A DNA stretch of 46,788 bases, taken from Acanthaster planci. Lineage: Eukaryota. This document shows, piece after piece, positions 46,634-46,788 of the stretch. Location of the stretch: assembly GCF_001949145.1 (NCBI RefSeq), contig NW_019091357.1, positions 2,577,920 to 2,624,707 of the forward strand, given 5' to 3'. How positions within the stretch are numbered: the stretch's first letter is position 1; the number at the start of each line of letters is the position of its first letter. A program made the position numbers and the translations under genes. The notes below the pieces were generated by a model. It ran no database searches. It was given only the letters and a program-made list of their open reading frames with translations, and had not been told where the DNA came from.

Positions 46634-46788
46634 CTGCCGAGAGAAATGCACGTCAATACACGTCATAAGGCAAATCGTCAGAGCAGGGTATCAGATCAAC
46701 CGGCTGTTGGCGTCAGCCACGGGTTCCGAATTGTGTGACTGACTACCAACTTTACTTATTACCTCGTTACTGTTCGAACAGCATGAGG

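Overview
Eukaryotic genomic DNA with spliceosomal GT-AG introns and N-gaps. It is probably a heterozygous invertebrate deuterostome such as an echinoderm; this is inferred from protein similarity and repeat style, not proven. The left half (152-20229, + strand) holds 33 coding exons of the ciliary intraflagellar transport gene IFT172. They splice in frame into about 1489 aa ending in ...YTFQ*, and roughly the N-terminal 260 aa lie upstream of the window. The right half (- strand) is a tandem array of MFS/SLC16 (monocarboxylate-transporter-like) genes convergent with IFT172: a complete 6-exon gene (31728-24419, 489 aa), a second 6-exon gene (44361-37087, about 479 aa) and the last exon of a third (46633-46380). 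Introns and spacers are dense in tRNA-derived SINEs, foldback MITEs and minisatellites. I see no clearly new multi-gene system. The best leads are: an intronic minisatellite built from a copied IFT172 splice acceptor plus exon start; intronic RFX X-boxes in IFT172; non-canonical transport residues and apparent gene-conversion tracts in the SLC16-like array; and foldback elements closely bracketing exons. The 1.4-1.6 kb duplication at 41344-44304 is probably an assembly artefact.
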